Origin: Ionaspis alba | Taxonomy: Eukaryota | Direction of reading: 5' to 3' | NCBI GenBank assembly: GCA_964255285.1 | Contig: CAXUUL010000053.1 | Coordinates: 1-44,850, forward strand | Length of the DNA stretch: 44,850 nt | Shown here: in pieces, positions 23,757-34,403 of the stretch | How positions within the stretch are numbered: the stretch's first letter is position 1 | How the letters are laid out: every line of letters begins with the position of its first letter | Notes under the pieces: model-generated | Told to the model about the DNA's origin: nothing | Databases searched by the model: none | The model's input: only the letters and a program-made list of their open reading frames with translations | Made by a program: the position numbers and the translations under genes

Positions 23757-25497
23757 ATGCTGAATTACTCAACCACAGTTGCCCTTCCAAACGAGGATGA
23801 CAAGCCCAAAAGGCATCCTCCTCCTGCGACGCCACTCAGCTTCCCCAATCACAACCCTCCGGATCTCTCATCCTTTCATCATGATCATTCCATCAATCTT
23901 CAGCAACTCTTCGCCACAAGCAACAGATTAACAACGTTCACTGCTTTCCACGTCGCTGCTCTCAACCTCCGACTTGCTCGTGATGTCCCACTTGATGAAT
24001 TCATCCCGACTGGGTATCTACCGCCTCCAGAGCGGCGTCCCCCTCCAGAGCGGCACAACAACGCTGGCCATGACACCAAACTGACCGGGCCCACTTCGGA
24101 CAGCTTAAGAAATGGCAATATTGCCTACCATGAACGTATCGAAGAGCTGCTCAACGACAAAGAAGACGTGTACGCCGCAATTCAACGCCGCACTCTCAAA
24201 CCTCGAGAGAAGCCAGTCAGGGTTGCACATTTCCGCAATTTCTTCTCTCAACTCTTGCTCGTCGGCGAGTACTGGGACACTAGCCTCGACTCGTCCCCGC
24301 CTCCATCATCCACTTCCTCACCTCTTGCAAACCGCGACGCGATGGATATCGACGAACTTCGCTCCGAAGCAAAGGCCTTCGAACCCAACCCCAAAGAACC
24401 TTCAAGCCCATCAGATCTCCAAAGCGTTCCCACCAACGACAACTCGCCTCAGTCAACTCCACCCGACCCAACACAGCCGTCTTCTGACTCGTATAGTCCA
24501 CCACACACCTACACAGGCTATCGTACCTCATCCGGTGCAGCTATGCCCCCTTCGCTCCGCACAAGCTTAGCGTTTGGCTTCCTCACACCTATTCTCTGGG
24601 CTTTTTCCACCCGCCTCGAACCACCACGCTCGCAATCCATGCTCGCCCTTCAGAAATCCCGCATTCCTGTCGAGATCACTGGTCTGGTCTACCGTCCGCC
24701 ACCTCGACGTCCCCAACGTGGCGAACCCAGTCTGGAAGGTCCCCTCATGGCTTTGCAGTGTCGGCACGCTACAAACTTTGAGAGCGAGAACGCGCAGGTT
24801 GTGGATCTACTCAAAGAAGTCGGAGCTATGCTCTTGGTAGCACAATTACGGGCTAGAGAAGGTAAAGAAGAGATGCTGCTAACTAAGGATGAATGGTTCG
24901 TCACGAAACCACGATTTGGTGGCGGAACCGGTGAGGCGGTCGGCACGCCACTTGATGCGAGCGACGATTCCGAGAGCGGCGAGGAAAAGACTGGTGTGAG
25001 AGATGGAGAAGAAGAGCCGCCTGCTAAGCGCCGAGGCGCGAGGGCCAAGGCGGTCAAAGAGGGCAAGATTGCAAGAAGGAGAAAGGCGCTGGAGAAGTCA
25101 TGGGCACCACCGCAGAAGCAGTGGGACTTAAGGGTTAGGTATATGGGTGTTGGGAAGGAAGAGGATAGTGGGTGGGATGATGTGAGTGCTCCTGCCTCGC
25201 GTATTTCTGCCACTTATTTGGCTCTCATGAGTCTGAAGGCGTTGCTAAGAGGAGAAATCAATTTAGGTATACATGGTTTCGGTCATCAATCACCATCTCT
25301 CCATTTTGCATCTGCGTGTTCACAACGAGTATCTGGACTGTCTGGCGAGCGATGGCGATACCAGTCGGGTGAAAAATGGACTCCAAATGCAGAGGACTAG
25401 GTGGTATGATTTCTTCGATAAGGATGATAGAGTATTGGCCATGAGAGGGGTTTGGGGTGCTCTAGGATGGCTGATGCGAGGTAAAGATCAAGCCTAG
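23757..25497 (+). CDS. Fungal hypothetical protein, about 551 aa. Exons about 23757-25181 and 25267-25497 (start could be 23695 or 23580)
   Basis: Long ORF. Intron 25182-25266 (GTGAGT..GCTAAG..TAG) joins WDD to VYMVSVINHHLSILHLRVH..EYLDCL..RTRWYDFF..DRV.AMRG.WG.LGWLMR. Blocks such as EYWDTS, LKEVGAMLLVAQLRAREGK and WFVTKPRFGGG look like a conserved Pezizomycotina family (recalled, not searched). Confidence 0.8.
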
Positions 25498-26362
25498 TCT
25501 AAAACAGTTGGATCATGTGGTTTTTTTTTCGATCTTTCGAAGAAATATCACCGATAGACCTTGGCCTACTATAGGAAAGCCGAGTACATCAAAATCTCGT
25601 TATCCATGACTAGGATATCCGATAACCCATCCTTCGTTTGAGACAGCAGATTCTCGAACCCTTACGCTCTTCATTTTGAAACGTCTCGCTTATGACCCTT
25701 CCCTACTTGACATTTATAGATCACACGAGCTTGACACGAGGTTCTAATATTCTCTCAATGATCGAACTTAGTTTCCAAGGCCGGAGTCTCTACGGTCACC
25801 TCAAACAGTTCCGCCGATGTTGGGGAAAGTCCAATTTCTGCTTGGTCCTATATGGCGTCGATCCGCGACGTCAGATCCCGTGCCTTATCTTCGAGTTCTC
25901 TTAATTGCCTTTTTAGAAAAGTATCTTCAGTAGACTGCCGAGAAAGAGTCAATACCTGTGTCACCACGATAATACGAAGGATGGCTCAGGCCTGGCGGAG
26001 GGCCTTGATATTAGTCGCCAGTCTCGCGACTGCAAAGATGGCGCTGACCATCGCAGCTCCACCACCCTTGAGCGTACCCCATTGGTTGTAGTTTGGTGAG
26101 TGATGGTCCAGTGAAACCAGGTCTCTGGCACCTTCATCAATACTCCGAAAGTGTTGATTCTCTGGTAGAAATGATTGAGCTTGTCTGAGTGAAACGACAA
26201 AAATGAAAGCAATCTTGAGGATAAAATTCACTGGCAATTTGGACCTTCCAGTCACTAGCTTCAGTACCTCTACCGACAATTTCGAGATGAAAGGTCCCGC
26301 CTGCTTAAGCCCAGTGCACATTGGAGGGATTCATCCCAATCCCCATCTCCCCAAACCCCTTT

Positions 26363-26998
26363 TCACTTCTTCCCCTCAATCCCACCCTTCATTTCCTCCG
26401 ACCTCTTCAAATCCTCCGCCGGAGTACTCCCCACACCCCCCTCCACACCCTCAACTCCAATCATCACAAACATTACCCTCGACCACCCGGGTCCCTTATT
26501 CCTCCACGCATGACTCGTCCCCCTCTGCACAACCACATCTCCCCGCTTCATAACCCTCATCTCCCCATCCTCCAACCAAAGCTCCACCTCGCCCTCAACC
26601 ACAACCCCGTAGTCCAGACTCGCTGTCTTGTGCATGGGAGGCGCGACGCCCGTATCGGCTGATGTATTTGGAGCCATGTCTACCAGGCGACAGATGGTGC
26701 CGGTGGGGATGACGAGGGTGGAGGGCTTGAGGGAGGGGGCGATGGTTTCATAGGTATGCAGGTCGGCGTTGGAAGTGAGGTCGGGGATGGGAGTGGTGGT
26801 GCTGTAGACTGTGTTGAAGGCTACGGAGGGGGCGAGGGCGTCCCATGGTTGCGTGGGGGAGGCGTGGAAGGTTGAGGTGCCACTCGGGGTCGTGGTGGTT
26901 ATGTAGCGGGTTATTGGTCGGAGGGACGAGATTTGAGAGGTTGAATCAGTTGTGCTTGAGGCAGTGTCCGTGACTGTAGGTGCGTCGGAGGTCGCCAT
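26363..26998 (-). CDS. Cupin-domain (Cupin_2/RmlC-like) protein, 211 aa
   Basis: RRYITT-like N-terminal block (ITRYITT) plus PMHKTASLDYGVVVEGEVELWLEDGEMRVMKRGDVVVQRGTSHAWRN, the typical signature of this fungal/bacterial cupin family. Confidence 0.9.
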   Translation of the reverse strand: MATSDAPTVTDTASSTTDSTSQISSLRPITRYITTTTPSGTSTFHASPTQPWDALAPSVAFNTVYSTTTPIPDLTSNADLHTYETIAPSLKPSTLVIPTGTICRLVDMAPNTSADTGVAPPMHKTASLDYGVVVEGEVELWLEDGEMRVMKRGDVVVQRGTSHAWRNKGPGWSRVMFVMIGVEGVEGGVGSTPAEDLKRSEEMKGGIEGKK

Positions 26999-27734
26999 GC
27001 TGACGATCAGGTCAATTGTGGTTGGCTAGAGATTCTGCGGTTCTGTACGGGATCTAATGGACAATGCTCAAGGTTGTTGTGAGGATCTTGTTGCGCCATC
27101 ACTTCGAGGAGTGCCTGGCTATATATACATGATATCATGCAGCTCATAGTGACTTTTCGATACCTCCCGTCATAGGGGACTGGAGAGGTGTGCTATGGTA
27201 ATCACCAGAGGAATTCGCTATCTCGGACGTTAGTTCGGCCTTCACCAGGGCCCGAACGACGCTAGAACAGGAGCTGCAGTAAGCGAGAATCAACACTAAT
27301 GATGGCACAGCTAGGACACTGGGGTATGCTGTTAGATTTCGTGCAGACCAGATTAGATTGCTCGTGGCTGTGTCAGATGTGATCTTAGCACTAGCAAGTC
27401 ACTGCTTTCAAAATGTTTTCAGACCATAGCACGTAATTTCGAATCACAGAAGATACATGCAGCCAGAATTTGGGTAATCATAACTAGTGCTCGTTCTACA
27501 GAATATGACACATGTGCTTCCTCCTTCAAACTTCTGGCATACACAGCAAACGAGCGGGTGCACTTCTTATAGACCGCGCATTCGCCGTGCCGCTCTCTCA
27601 TCTTTGATAGTGGCATGCGGTTTGCAAAAAAAGTCCGTACACCCAATGACCTCGCTAAAGGTCAGTGCCAACCAAATTGATTCATATTTAGCGACAGTCC
27701 CACCTAAACTCCCGCCCCTTAAGTTTTGGAGGAT

Positions 27735-28916
27735 CTAAGGGTAAATAATTTTGAGTATACGGAATTTTTTAACAGCGCCTTCCCTCACCACAAGTCTTGC
27801 GAGATCGTCATGCCCGGCCCAAACGGCCCACGCATGAGCTGTTTGACCGATGGTGTTTTTGGCCTTTGTGTCGGCTCCACTCTTCAGTAGCAGCTCTACT
27901 GCTTTGTAGTGTAGGTTCGACGCAGCAAGTAGTAGCGGTGTCATGCGGCGTCTGTCCATGCACTCAATGTGGGCTCCATGCTTCAACAGCATTTGGATGA
28001 TCACCACATTACCTAGTCGTGCTGCTATTGAGAGTGGAAAGGTGCCAGACTTTTCTTTTGAATCAGCATTTGCGCCCGCTTCTAGCAATAGCTTCACGAT
28101 CTCCTCGTTGCTCTTCGATACGGCCAACAGCAACGGTCCATAACCATAAGTATCTTGGAATTCAATGTCGCATTCTCTTTCGATTAGAAGCTTGACGACC
28201 TCATTCTTCCCCTTTTCAATTGCATAATAGAGGGCTGTTTTTCTTGCAGAGTTGCAGGTATTGATATCGGCACCGAAATCGAGCAGTACCTTCAATGCAT
28301 CCGTACGACCACTATATGCAGCTCGTAACAGAGGTGTTCCGCCGAACTGGTCCTTAGCTTCCTTATCTGCTCCTTCTTCCAATAGTAGCTTCATGGTAGC
28401 GGTATGCCCATTTACAGTAGCACCCTTAAGAGGTGTAAGGCCATTAAGGTCTCGATGGTCAATATCGGCGCCGTATTCGATTAACAGAACAGCCACCTCT
28501 TTCTGACCAGCGAAGGCAGCGAGTGTCAAGCTGCTTGAGTTTCGCCTGCCACGGCCTCCAATATAAGCACCGTATCTAAGGAGTGTTTGAACCACGGCTA
28601 GATGGCCATGCAGTGACGCAATTTGTACGGGTGTGTTACCGGCACCACATATAGCATCAACATCTGCACCGTGATCAAGCAGTAGCTTGACTATTGCCTG
28701 GTGACCATTCTTAGCTGCTGCAAAAAGAGGTGTCCAGTGGCGAGGTTGATCACGACAACCGCGGGTGTCGGAATTTCTCAAGAAGGATTCCACGAGGAGT
28801 TGTTCTCCTACTTCTGCCGCTCGCACGAGCGGGAACCAATAATAGAAATCAGGGCCATGGTCAAGGGCCCGAGTTTCGACTGCCACTTCATGGCTCTGCA
28901 ACGTAGCTTCTGACAT
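27735..28916 (-). CDS. Ankyrin-repeat protein (about 10 repeats), 393 aa
   Basis: Repeated TPLxxAAxxGHxxxVxLLLxxGAD units at about 33-aa spacing (WTPLFAAAKNGH, GNTPVQIASLHGH, GLTPLKGATVNGH, GGTPLLRAAYSGR, MTPLLLAASNLH). An upstream exon cannot be excluded. Confidence 0.88.
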   Translation of the reverse strand: MSEATLQSHEVAVETRALDHGPDFYYWFPLVRAAEVGEQLLVESFLRNSDTRGCRDQPRHWTPLFAAAKNGHQAIVKLLLDHGADVDAICGAGNTPVQIASLHGHLAVVQTLLRYGAYIGGRGRRNSSSLTLAAFAGQKEVAVLLIEYGADIDHRDLNGLTPLKGATVNGHTATMKLLLEEGADKEAKDQFGGTPLLRAAYSGRTDALKVLLDFGADINTCNSARKTALYYAIEKGKNEVVKLLIERECDIEFQDTYGYGPLLLAVSKSNEEIVKLLLEAGANADSKEKSGTFPLSIAARLGNVVIIQMLLKHGAHIECMDRRRMTPLLLAASNLHYKAVELLLKSGADTKAKNTIGQTAHAWAVWAGHDDLARLVVREGAVKKFRILKIIYP

Positions 28917-29987
28917 AATGAGGTAATCTCAAGCTCGAAGTAGAAGTAAGGTAAAGCGGAGGTCTGCATGAAAGTCTTGAGGGAAAAGATCGGAGGCATA
29001 GAAGAGATATAAGCATTGAGACCTTGAATTGTGAATACTCATTCGACTCTGTAGATCTCACTTGACGCAAGAGTTGCTCATTCGTCATGGCCATATCAGG
29101 AAATACTTACTTGTGGATGAGTAACCACGCTGTGTGAAGCAGTTGCCCGTAAGTCGCTCCATGATGATTCCTTCTGCATCATCCCGATTATGGGCCTTTC
29201 TTTGGTATACACAGTCCCACTGCTAACGCATCGAATAAGGCAGATCGGCTATGAGAAATTTGTCGGAGAATTCTCCAGTCCAAGGAGGAATGATGAGATA
29301 GATCGTCATATGCACCTCGATCAATGACTTCTCTCAAGCTCTCCATCTGCTTTTGTGAGGGATCAACCTACTACATCTCTTCCAAGCTCTAGCGTCATCC
29401 TCTCGGTCCTCTAACACGCACACCGGACCGACTTCAGGAGCTATAACGGGAAAAGTCTTTTGCACTAGATATCACTTCCGGACATTATACTCTCCATGAT
29501 CATGTGCATTGTTGTGACCCATATGGACAGTCAACCTGTAAATATGGTCTCTGGAGGACCTCGAGGTTGATAACCAACTCTGCCAAGTCCGCTTGGTGGC
29601 ATCGGCACGCTAATGCAGGTACGTTGCTAGCCTTTACGACCTTAATCTTAAATCGCAAGGGACTGGATGCCCATTTTCGAGTGAGTTGTGGCAAGGCAGC
29701 ACAGCCTAACACCAAATATCGCTCAATTCAGTATGCCGCAATAGACAGAACCAACATGGAAATACTCTAAGTATCACACGATCCTAGCTAGATCTCAACA
29801 TCCAAACCACAACCAAGAATCAGTATCCCCATAGCCTTCACATCACAACTCTTCCCAAATCTCATACAGGTACTAAACATTACAACGAACTAACCCGTCC
29901 CCGAATACACATCTCATATGCGCTTCAACCACAACTTCAGCTCCTCCCGCTCTCCCATTTCCACCGACAACCTCGTATCAAATCCTT

Positions 29988-30691
29988 TCACAAAAGATAA
30001 GCAACCAACCCCATCGCCCCAGCCAATCCGAGGCCCGACACGGCGACAGCCTTGTCAGCAGACCCCTGGAACGGAGTCGCACCGGCAGCCGAAGCACCAG
30101 TCGTGGTAGGTAGGAGCCCAGTAGACGCGACAGGAGAAGTGTTAGGAGCAGCAGCCGCGGTGCTATTGACGTAGATGGGTGCGACGGGAGACGTGGTTGG
30201 AATTGGAGCGACGGGTGCGGCGGAGGAAGAACTGGGAGAGTGTGTAAATAATAGCGCATATAGGGTCATAAGGAGAGGAGGCGGAGGGTTGTTGTTGGAG
30301 AGATGGCTTACCAGCTGGTGCAAGAGACGATGGCGGAGGTCACGACGGGGCGGGTGACGGTGCAGGGACAGTTGGTGATGGTAAGGGTTGTGGCCTTTTG
30401 ATACACTCAATTAGCGATTGCGCTCTTCGGGTCTTGCAGGATGAGACGATCAAATCAGAGCCTCAGAGTAAGGAATGCACTCTGTCGTACGCTCCGACGC
30501 AGCGACACGTGGATGGTTCTTACCTCGGTCACGACGTAGGTCTGGGTGCCGTGCACAATCGACGTTGCTGCTGGGCAGAAGGTCGTGTAGGCAGTGACGA
30601 CTTCGGTCGTGTAGACGGTGGAGGCATTGAAGTTGGCGGAGACGCTGACGGCAGCAAGAGCAGCGGCCAAAAGGGCAGTTGAGAAACGCAT
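29988..30691 (-). CDS. GPI-anchored cell-wall protein, Ccg-6/Mmc/Ccw12-like, 164 aa. Exons 30691-30524, 30394-30312, 30231-29988
   Basis: Signal peptide MRFSTALLAAALAAVSVSA. The spliced domain reads [46 protein letters not shown]. Ser/Thr/Pro/Ala-rich stalk and C-terminal GPI signal FQGSADKAVAVSGLGLAGAMGLVAYLL. Introns 30523-30395 and 30311-30232. Confidence 0.9.
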
Positions 30692-30823
30692 CTTGGCTGG
30701 ATTATTAGACGAATCTGTGAGGTATTAAGTGCTAGATTTCGAGTAGATGGTATAGATTTTTGACGGAGAAAAGAGCGACGAGGACCACACGAAACGAGTG
30801 AAATCGACTGAAGAGTCGGGATA

Positions 30824-30830
30824 TTTTATA
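30824..30830 (-). promoter_or_regulatory. Probable TATA box of the cell-wall protein gene
   Basis: TATAAAA on the minus strand about 135 bp upstream of the ATG, flanked by CT-rich tracts. Confidence 0.55.
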
Positions 30831-32574
30831 CACGATCAAAAGAGTGACTTTGTTGCGATGGTGAGCAGGAAGAGGCGAGGAGAAAGCACAGGATGGGAGT
30901 CCCATGTGAGGGTGGCCTCAGAGGCGCGAATGGGGAAGAGGAAATGACCCCTGGACTAGCCAACAAGCGAGTCCAACCAAGACATTTGGAGGTGGCCGAA
31001 ATGGGATCTGCGCCTGAATCTCGGCCGATTTTTGGAGTATCTTAGGGGATTCGAGGCCTTGGATTGGGTGGTTTGGCTTAGACTTACCGGGGGAAAGTGC
31101 CTGTGGATTGGTTGATTCGGGTACCTGACATTAGTGGCTTGTACCAATTGACTGCATATGATGGGACCTTTGGCGGCCCTTGCGTGGTAACTGCAATCTC
31201 ATCCAGTTTTGTTTGCTGTTGACAGCAACCCATGAGTGTTGTGATATCACTTTTGGATACGAGACATCGTGATAGGGAAAGACCTCGACTTTGCAGTTTG
31301 AGAGTGGTCTTTCCATAGCCACGAAAGCAAGGAGGTAATAGAGGCGGCTGCAGATGGATTCTCGAAAGGTTTATCCGCTCCGCCAGGTCGGGTTCTATGA
31401 TGCGATGCTCCTTAGCGCAACCCTTTGTTAGAACAACAAGACCACCATAACTTCCGTCAATTGTCTTATCATACTGCGTGAAGCCTTCCAGAACGCAATG
31501 GTTGCAATGAAATGACAAGTGTCTAGGAAGCAACCATCCCAAGGTCCGCATGAGACGGCCTTTGAGGATGGTTGAGCGGCAGATATGGCCTCGATGAGGG
31601 CAAAGGAGAAGAGCATGGGAGCAGCAGAAATGGAGTTTGCAAGATATTAGCAAAGCAGTGTCTCTGGATATGAACGGCTGCCGAAAGATCTGATCAGGTG
31701 GCACTGCCTTAGTAGTATGTTGATTTGTTCCCATAGTCTTCTGGACACGGGACAGTCCTTCCTGGTGATGCCTCAGGACCCTTGAGTCCATCACGGCGGC
31801 GGTCGCCATGCGCTGATGACGAAGATTCAGTTGACAATGTCGGGGTCGATATACGCTACGCAGAATAGGACTAGCGGGAAAACATAGGGTTATCCAACGC
31901 GCTGGATCCCAAACATTGCTAAGCGAAGGTCACCCACTGAGACGATCTCGAGTTGTCAACACCTTTTTCAAAGTCTTCAAGTGTTCAACTACTGCCTCGC
32001 TTAACCAGAGAAGAATCCCTGGAGGTCAGCCCCTGTATGTAAGTCTACTTAAACTATGTTTATCTCTCTCGGATATGTCGCGATCGCAGTTTGCATTTCT
32101 GCCTTCACATTCATCAACAGTATATTTGAAGTCCTCCACTTATACACCTTTCGGATTCGTCGCGCGTCAGTATGCTCTGATTGCAACTATTTGCTTGCTT
32201 ACGTCTACTAGGCTGGAGGTCTCCAGCGTCTCATCCTGCATGTTGATATGTCTTATGTCTCTCCAAATATCAGCCACGTTCATGGAAGGAACTGGTGCTG
32301 CGAGGTCCTCCAGCACCTGAACCTGTGCTATGATGACCCGCTGAGATCAGCGCTGTTTTGAGCCATATTCACACAGAAATATATGACTCAGAAGCCTTCC
32401 AATTCATCATCTTGCAATTTTATATACCCTCGACAATCACCAGACTGGTGTCACGCTCATACATAGATCTGCTATGTCGGAGCCTGTCAGCCTCCCATTC
32501 TGAAGTTTTTTTCCCATGACATGTCGCGCAAAATCTGTCCAAAGATGTGCTAATGATAGGGCCTGCATAGCACA

Positions 32575-34035
32575 ATGACGTTTGCAAAGTCCTCTTTTGA
32601 GGCATTCCTTACTACCGACCCCGCCGCTGCCAATAGGCTCAAAAAGCTCCTTTCACAGGAGTCAATTCTGGCCCTGAGGGGCACCTCCAAGCCTCTTAAA
32701 AGATGGCTTGATGACACGATGCCTGTCGTTTTCGCGACTGGCTACTATACCTACCCCGTCCCACCTCACGTCTCCGCCTCCGCCCTTTATACCAACCCTA
32801 CGTGGGTCCACGCCTTCGAGAGAGTCATACCACACATCCAACACCTGTACATTCGTGTACAGCCGGTCCTCTCCCGCACAATGGGCGTTTTAGTGGTTAC
32901 GACCCTACATACCCTCCTGAGCGTTGCTCCCAACGTCAACAAGTTGACGCTTCGTCTCGACCACCCGCCGGCTCATCCCAGAGATGTCTCACCTACTAGT
33001 ACAGGGGCCGTGCTCTACGTCTATCCAACCACTCCTCCTCTCAATCTACAAACTCCTACCCATGACCCACCTCTCATCTCTATTCGTCAAGCCCTCGAAA
33101 GCGTCAACCCACCCAAGCTGAGAGTCTTACGTCTACCTAATGCGAGTATCACTACGCTCATGGCTCTGCGCTGGGGAATGCTATCTACTCTACCTACACC
33201 ACCACCACCATCCGGCCAGGGACCACGTCCAGAAGAAGGAGGAGAAGAGAGCGAAGGAAGCGATACGAGCGATACGAGCGAAGTCTCGAGACGTCCCTTC
33301 TGGTCTCACATCACCGAACTCGACGTACACTGTGTGAAATGGTGGGACATCCTCTTGCCAGCACCCCCAGCAGGCTTCGACCTCACCTTCGGCGAGCCCG
33401 GCGTGAGCGCAAGACGCAAGCCCAAGAAAGAATTCCAGGCGAACAAAGAGCGATATCGCAACGGAATCAAGATCTTGCACGACTGGCTAAGCAGCTTCCG
33501 CTTCACACTCAAGGTGCTAAAATTCCAATGGGTGGAGCTGGGTCAGCAGATGTTCGGCGCCAGGCCTACTGCTCGTGCATTCATGGAGGGATATCCGGTG
33601 CAAGAGACGGAACTTGTGTCGGATCCACGATATGTGCGCGCGAGCCGGGGACCGAATATCTTTGCTTTCGATCTGGCCAATGCGGATGCGGAAGGGGTGG
33701 ATGAGATCTGGTTTTCTTCGCCTAGAATTATCTGGAAAGTGCTCAGCGAGGTGTGGGTTGGAGGAATGGGCCAGGTCTGGGCCGGGAAGGTCAGAGAGTG
33801 TGCGAAGGAGATTCGCTCTGTGGGAGTCTTGATTGAAGGGACCGGTACGGCGGGCTTTGGGTCGTCGTGTGAAGAGGTCGCGCAGTCGGGTGGTAGCCTG
33901 TACAATATTGTGAGATTTGATGAGGAGACGGAGACAGAGACCGAGAGTGAGAGTGAAGCGGAGAAGAGAGCCAAGATGGCTGCTATTGAAGGAGTGAGGA
34001 GGGGTATCATGGGTGGTTTGGGACTGGAAGGATGA
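32575..34035 (+). CDS. Fungal hypothetical protein, 486 aa (possible LRR/RNI-like fold; N-terminus may be in an upstream exon)
   Basis: Long uninterrupted ORF with protein-like blocks LISIRQALES..PPKLRVLRL, WSHITELDV, IKILHDWLSSFRFTLKVLKFQW and GPN. A branch point GCTAAT (32549) and TAG (32568-32570) just before the ATG suggest an upstream intron. Confidence 0.72.
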   Translation: MTFAKSSFEAFLTTDPAAANRLKKLLSQESILALRGTSKPLKRWLDDTMPVVFATGYYTYPVPPHVSASALYTNPTWVHAFERVIPHIQHLYIRVQPVLSRTMGVLVVTTLHTLLSVAPNVNKLTLRLDHPPAHPRDVSPTSTGAVLYVYPTTPPLNLQTPTHDPPLISIRQALESVNPPKLRVLRLPNASITTLMALRWGMLSTLPTPPPPSGQGPRPEEGGEESEGSDTSDTSEVSRRPFWSHITELDVHCVKWWDILLPAPPAGFDLTFGEPGVSARRKPKKEFQANKERYRNGIKILHDWLSSFRFTLKVLKFQWVELGQQMFGARPTARAFMEGYPVQETELVSDPRYVRASRGPNIFAFDLANADAEGVDEIWFSSPRIIWKVLSEVWVGGMGQVWAGKVRECAKEIRSVGVLIEGTGTAGFGSSCEEVAQSGGSLYNIVRFDEETETETESESEAEKRAKMAAIEGVRRGIMGGLGLEG

Positions 34036-34403
34036 ATGCAGAAAGATTATGATGAGAGACGCTTTATCTAGCTGTTTCGATGGTTGATTGTTGGCTGGGC
34101 ACTTACTCCAGTGCAGAACTACACGCTCTAAGAGGGCGCATGGGTGGTCTAGGACTGAAAGGATGAGCATGAACGATGATGTGGGAAGTTTTGTCTTGTT
34201 ATTTCGATGCTTGATCATTGGCTGGATACTCCCTCCAGTACGTCACTCTAGGTTCCAGTTGACGCAAGCGCTCCAGACCAATTCACTCTTCCTGATAACT
34301 AGGAGAGGTTTTATGTATTCTGAATAAAAAGCGTAGCGTAGCAACAGCTTTCTATTGGAGACATCTGCTCCTATCGAATGCCTGCATCGCTTACGCATAG
34401 ATC

